Assembly: GCA_002269645.1 (NCBI GenBank)
Contig: NIVC01001664.1
Span: 1-64,000, forward strand
Direction of reading: 5' to 3'
Length of the DNA stretch: 64,000 nt
Source: Macrostomum lignano
Taxonomy: Eukaryota
Made by a program: the position numbers and the translations under genes. Positions within the stretch are counted from its first letter, which is position 1. Each line of letters begins with the position of its first letter. Under the pieces are notes generated by a model, which was given only the letters and a program-made list of their open reading frames with translations, did not search any database and was not told the origin of the DNA. Of the stretch, positions 63,113-64,000 are shown in pieces.

Positions 63113-63847
63113 ATGCCGCTAATCGCCAAGACTCTGTCCACAGCCGGACCAGCTCTCTCACTATTAGCTACTATCAGTAGACATTCAAGCTCTAGCTTTA
63201 AAAACATCAAAACTATAAAAATGATTGCCCCAGCAGCGGAGCGCAACAAGGAGCCAATCTTGGCCATCATGCGGCAGTACGTGCCCGCTGATGGAGCCGC
63301 CTGCCGAATGCTGGAGATCGCGTCCGGCACCGGACAGCACTGTGCTCATCTGGCCGCCGGCCTGGCCGATCGCGGCCTTCAAATCCAGCCGTCCGAGATT
63401 GACAATCAAGACCAGAGCAGCAGCAGCAGCTTTGCCAGCATTGAGGCGCACTGCCGCAGCCTGTCTAATGTCTGCCTGCCGCCCATGCGGTTGGACATTT
63501 CTAAACGGCCGTGTCCGGAGCCGCCTTTCGGCCGGCCGGACATTATATTCTGCGCCAACATGATTCACATCAGCTCCACGGCCGCTGTTGAAGGCCTGTT
63601 CGCCAATGCTGGCAACCTGCTGCCTGCCGGTGGCCGCCTCATCACCTACGGACCCTACGCTATTGACGGCGCCATCTATCCGCAGAGTAACGCCGATTTT
63701 AATCGGTCGCTTCGCGCCCGAAATCCCGACTGGGGCCTGCGGGACACGGCCTATCTGGCCGGCTTGGCCGAAGCCGCCGGGATGGCCCTGTCGGCCAGGC
63801 ACGAGATGCCGGCCAATAACTGGATGCTGGTCTTTGATAAGAGCTAG
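63113..63847 (+). CDS. METTL26: Methyltransferase-like 26 (DUF938/C16orf13), intronless CDS
   Basis: APAAERNKEPIL, LEIASGTGQH (SAM motif I), IFCANMIHIS, LITYGPY, SNADFNRSLRARNPDWGLRD, EMPANN. Alternative start at 63221. Confidence 0.95.
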   Translation: MPLIAKTLSTAGPALSLLATISRHSSSSFKNIKTIKMIAPAAERNKEPILAIMRQYVPADGAACRMLEIASGTGQHCAHLAAGLADRGLQIQPSEIDNQDQSSSSSFASIEAHCRSLSNVCLPPMRLDISKRPCPEPPFGRPDIIFCANMIHISSTAAVEGLFANAGNLLPAGGRLITYGPYAIDGAIYPQSNADFNRSLRARNPDWGLRDTAYLAGLAEAAGMALSARHEMPANNWMLVFDKS

Positions 63848-63934
63848 ATAGGCTTTCTCTCTCAACTCGATGTAGGCATGAGCACGAACATTGATAGCAA
63901 TGCGATGTGCTATTTGGAGCGCAGGTTATAACTA

Positions 63935-64000
63935 CTTGAATGTGGCTCTCCGCTCCCCTCAGTGTCCTTGAATGTGCCTCTCCGCTCCCCTCAGTGTCCT
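63935..64000. repeat. Same 32-bp minisatellite, downstream block (runs off window end)
   Basis: CTTGAATGTGGCTCTCCGCTCCCCTCAGTGTCC copies matching the 62278-63050 unit. Confidence 0.9.

Overview
Eukaryotic (metazoan, invertebrate-like) genomic DNA with GT-AG introns, a Pol III tRNA and a very high load of minisatellites with 20-61-bp units. The style resembles free-living flatworm (Macrostomum-type) assemblies, but that is inference only. Genes reconstructed by hand from splice sites and protein motifs: the first three coding exons of an erg/KCNH2-type K+ channel (minus strand, running off towards the window start), an intronless PTB/PID-domain gene, tRNA-Ala(CGC), a ~1000-aa low-complexity/Zn-finger-like orphan gene, dynein light chain Tctex-1 (DYNLT1), TMEM267, condensin I kleisin NCAPH/barren, an HMG-box orphan gene and METTL26. 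The richest accessory region is a nest of mobile elements at 10.85-16.35 kb. It contains a degenerate Neptune-like Penelope-like retroelement (PLE) with an SGNH-fold ORF1, a candidate -1 frameshift signal (A_AAA_AAC UGA plus a GC hairpin), RT and the start of a GIY-YIG region. The PLE is interrupted by a non-autonomous LTR element (316-bp LTRs, GATC target duplication) and followed by a MULE transposase fragment and a hAT-like hairpin. Other elements: a Harbinger-like MITE with a nested foldback MITE, a long-inverted-repeat mariner derivative and a Helitron-like microsatellite element. Most long ORFs in the supplied track are artefacts of stop-free repeat units. Repeat boundaries are approximate.
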